Shown: one piece after another, positions 61,440-64,000 of the stretch
How positions within the stretch are numbered: position 1 is the first letter of the stretch
Layout: the number at the start of each line of letters is the position of its first letter
Source: an uncultured archaeon
Lineage (GTDB): Archaea; Asgardarchaeota; Lokiarchaeia; Sigyniarchaeales; SOKP01
Assembly (NCBI GenBank): GCA_964388035.1
Contig: CAYLZE010000002.1
Span: forward strand, 34,041-98,040
Length of the DNA: 64,000 bases
Direction of reading: 5' to 3'
The notes under the pieces: model-generated
What the model was told of the DNA's origin: nothing
Database searches by the model: none
The model's input: only the letters and a program-made list of their open reading frames with translations
Made by a program: the position numbers and the translations under genes

Positions 61440-62900
61440 ATGAGTTTACCAAAAGAATCCTTTAAACAATTAGAAGAGCAATTCAAAGGAATTACTCAAA
61501 AATTCGCCGTTCCTGGAATGGCCTTTTCGGTAGTTCTTGGAACGGATGTGGTATATTCTTCAGCATGGGGATTTAGAAATAAAGAAAAAGGGCTTCCATG
61601 TACCCCAGATACTACTTTTGCGATTGGATCCAGTTCCAAGTCAGTGGCGGCATTCGCAATCATGCAATTAGTTGAAAAAGGGCTGATTAAGTTAGAAGAC
61701 CCGATAGATAAATTTTTGCCAATAAAATGGGCACGGAAATATGGACAGGATAATCCCATAACCATCCACCATCTACTCTCTCAGACGAGCGGCATATCGG
61801 ATTTAGGATTAGCACGAGCTCTTTTAGCAAAACCGGTACATGGTGAAACGCAATTTGAAAAATATGACCTGTCCACTTATGATGCTTACCTTAAACATGC
61901 CAATGGAGCTTACGAATATATAAATCCTCCCGGGCGATATAGCTATTGCAATTCAAATTTTACCTTGGCTCACATGATCGTAGAAAAAGTCTCGGGAAAA
62001 TCATATGATGATTATATTCAAGAGCATCTCTTCATGCCTTGTGACATGCAAAAATCCACTCTCAAAAATGATGTTTATAAAGTGTTTGATGATCGCATGA
62101 TAGGATATTTAATTCAAAAAAAAGAAGGGAAATTTATTCCCAAACCCATTGATTATTTCAATTTTCTAACTATAATGGGTTGTGGAGGAGTTTATGCCTC
62201 TGCAAATGATTTAAGTAAATATCTCATCATGTTATTGAACGACGGAACCTATAAAGGAAAACAGTTAATTACTAAAGACTCCCTTCAAAAACTTTTTACT
62301 GTTCATACACCCTGCCAAGAGCTAATTGACTTTGGGATTAAAGGAATTGGAAGTCAAAAGGGAGATGGAGGATATGGATATGGTTGGTTCGTCGTGAACG
62401 ACTTTTTTGGACATAAGATCATACTTCACCCTGGTAGTGTGGCGGTCGCTAGTTCCATTCTCGTAATGATGCCCGAAATGAAGATCGGAATGGCTTTAAC
62501 ATGGAATGGCATGGAAGAACTATTTTCAGACTTTCTGATGATTATCTTCGGAGCTTTTGCCATGATCCTTGGAAAAGATCCCATGAAAGAGTTTTCTCTT
62601 ATTAACGAAGATATGAGATTAAATAAGCTCTGCGGTACTTATTCCGATTATATTCGGGGGAATCCCTTGGAAATTACTCGGAACGGATCAGACCTATTCA
62701 TTGAATGGGTAGGAGGAGAAACGACCCATCGACCCAAGCAACCCTTACATCCCATTGATAAAGAAGGTGGTTGCATGCAATATTACACGAAAAATTCTCC
62801 AACGGGTTATAATTTAGCAGAATTTATATTCGAAAAGGATGGAAAGGTCAGGCTTTTAATTGAAAAACATACCATGTTTAAAGAAGAGAAGCAACAATAA
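61440..62900 (+). CDS. SxxK serine hydrolase (Pab87/CubicO-like peptidase)
   Basis: FAIGSSSK, YCN, HPG. Confidence 0.9.
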   Translation: MSLPKESFKQLEEQFKGITQKFAVPGMAFSVVLGTDVVYSSAWGFRNKEKGLPCTPDTTFAIGSSSKSVAAFAIMQLVEKGLIKLEDPIDKFLPIKWARKYGQDNPITIHHLLSQTSGISDLGLARALLAKPVHGETQFEKYDLSTYDAYLKHANGAYEYINPPGRYSYCNSNFTLAHMIVEKVSGKSYDDYIQEHLFMPCDMQKSTLKNDVYKVFDDRMIGYLIQKKEGKFIPKPIDYFNFLTIMGCGGVYASANDLSKYLIMLLNDGTYKGKQLITKDSLQKLFTVHTPCQELIDFGIKGIGSQKGDGGYGYGWFVVNDFFGHKIILHPGSVAVASSILVMMPEMKIGMALTWNGMEELFSDFLMIIFGAFAMILGKDPMKEFSLINEDMRLNKLCGTYSDYIRGNPLEITRNGSDLFIEWVGGETTHRPKQPLHPIDKEGGCMQYYTKNSPTGYNLAEFIFEKDGKVRLLIEKHTMFKEEKQQ

Positions 62901-62968
62901 AAAAATGTTTCATAATTGAATTATTATCATTTTTTTTATATTACTTTTAAAATATCTTAATGAAGAGT

Positions 62969-63886
62969 TCATTCAAAAAGTCCTTCAACACTTAAATATC
63001 TCTGTCCTGTATCAGCAAGGATGCAAATGATTTTTGTATCTGTGTTTAAATTATCTCGCTCGATGAGGGATTCAGCACAAGAACATGTAGCTCCCGAAGA
63101 TATACCTACTAAAAGCCCCTCAGATTTTGCTATCCTTCGACACATTTCAAAAGCATCATCTTGTTTTACTAAAAAGATTTCATCGATTATCTCTCTATCT
63201 AAAGTCTCGGGAATAAAGCCAGGAGCAGTTCCCATCATTTTATGGGGTCTAAATATTCCCTGGGAAATGAAGGGAGATTCAAACGGTTCCACAGCTATCA
63301 ATTTCACATCGGGCTTCTTTTCTTTTAAATATTTCCCTGCCCCACAGATTGTCCCACCCGTTCCTAGACCCGCAATTAAAATATTTACTTGCCCGTCCGT
63401 TTGTTCCCATATTTCCGGGCCAGTAGAGAGATAATGAGCTTTAGGATTTGATTGATTAACGTGTTGCCCTACATAAAAATAATCGGGATGCCTTTCAAGG
63501 ATTCTTTTGAGTTCTTCACGAGCACCTGCTGTGCCCAAGTAAGCGGGTGTTAGTATGAGTTCCGCCCCCAATGCCCTTAACACGGTACGTCTTTCTAAAG
63601 ATTGAATTTCTGACATTACAAGAATCGCATGATATCCTCTAATAGCAGATATAAATGCAACGGCTATGCCCGTATTTCCGCTGGTGACTTCAATGACGGT
63701 ATTTCCTTTTTTTAAGATTCCCTTCTTTTCGGCATCCAAAAAGATTTGTAAGATTGGTCTATCTTTTAGACTATAAGGATTAAAAAATTCGCATTTCCCA
63801 AGTACATTATTATCTGGAAAGAGTCGTTTAAGCCGTAGTAAGGGTGTTGTCCCTATTAGCTCCAATAAATTTTCAGCTATTTTCAT
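62969..63886 (-). CDS. cysK: Cysteine synthase (PLP-dependent)
   Basis: IGTTPL, NPYSLKDR (PLP Lys), TSGNTG, GLGTGGT, GISSG, DTGQRYLS. Confidence 0.9.
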   Translation of the reverse strand: MKIAENLLELIGTTPLLRLKRLFPDNNVLGKCEFFNPYSLKDRPILQIFLDAEKKGILKKGNTVIEVTSGNTGIAVAFISAIRGYHAILVMSEIQSLERRTVLRALGAELILTPAYLGTAGAREELKRILERHPDYFYVGQHVNQSNPKAHYLSTGPEIWEQTDGQVNILIAGLGTGGTICGAGKYLKEKKPDVKLIAVEPFESPFISQGIFRPHKMMGTAPGFIPETLDREIIDEIFLVKQDDAFEMCRRIAKSEGLLVGISSGATCSCAESLIERDNLNTDTKIICILADTGQRYLSVEGLFE

Positions 63887-64000
63887 TTTTTTTACACCAA
63901 ATATTTCATATATCTTAGTTTTTTTTAAAAAAATTGAGCGATTAGTGCTCTAATTCTCATAATGACGACCGTTAGGACTATATTTAAGCAATTAATTTAA

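Noticed and set aside
834-63434. Many 60-170 aa ORFs antisense to or inside long genes (e.g. 2475..2843, 28736..29245, 50482..50916, 63021..63434)
   Set aside because: They overlap well-supported CDSs and have no recognisable motifs.
1-64000. CRISPR arrays, tRNA/rRNA, transposases, selenoprotein read-through
   Set aside because: No regularly spaced repeats, cloverleaf-like GC-rich segments, transposase motifs or in-frame TGA at catalytic Cys positions seen by eye; a tRNAscan/cmscan run would be needed to be certain.

Overview
AT-rich, gene-dense archaeal chromosomal DNA, very probably a Lokiarchaeia (Asgard) genome. This is inferred from several small GTPases, longin/roadblock-like domains and 7TM-longin fusions. 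The most striking part is 1-9546, a compact cluster of six small GTPases: three Rag/Gtr-like, two Rab-like and one Arf-like with an N-terminal longin domain. One Rag-like gene (1-780, minus strand, missed by the ORF track because it runs off the window) is fused to an N-terminal uDENN/longin-like domain. The cluster also holds a longin protein, a possible tandem-longin protein, a helical protein, a CxxC protein and an orphan DivK/CheY-like receiver. Further on are a tandem pair of 7TM-longin fusion proteins (32.9-35.1 kb), a KDSR-like reductase and a CDF transporter flanked by two winged helices. There is a bacterial-type GT4/GH130 operon whose GH130 carries a DUF2582-like wHTH. An uncharacterised glycyl radical enzyme locus is flanked by two clan GH-D-like glycosidases, and its activase appears to start at a non-canonical ATA. 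A peptide/amino-acid scavenging region has three SxxK peptidases beside GPH-family MFS transporters, a proline/sarcosine dehydrogenase-like pair and cysK. Several intergenic stretches are decayed genes: a split M20 duplicate and sulfatase, HXXEE, PIN, HhH and acyl-CoA ligase remnants. I saw no rRNA, tRNA, CRISPR array or intact transposase. All domain calls are by-eye motif recognition, not database searches.
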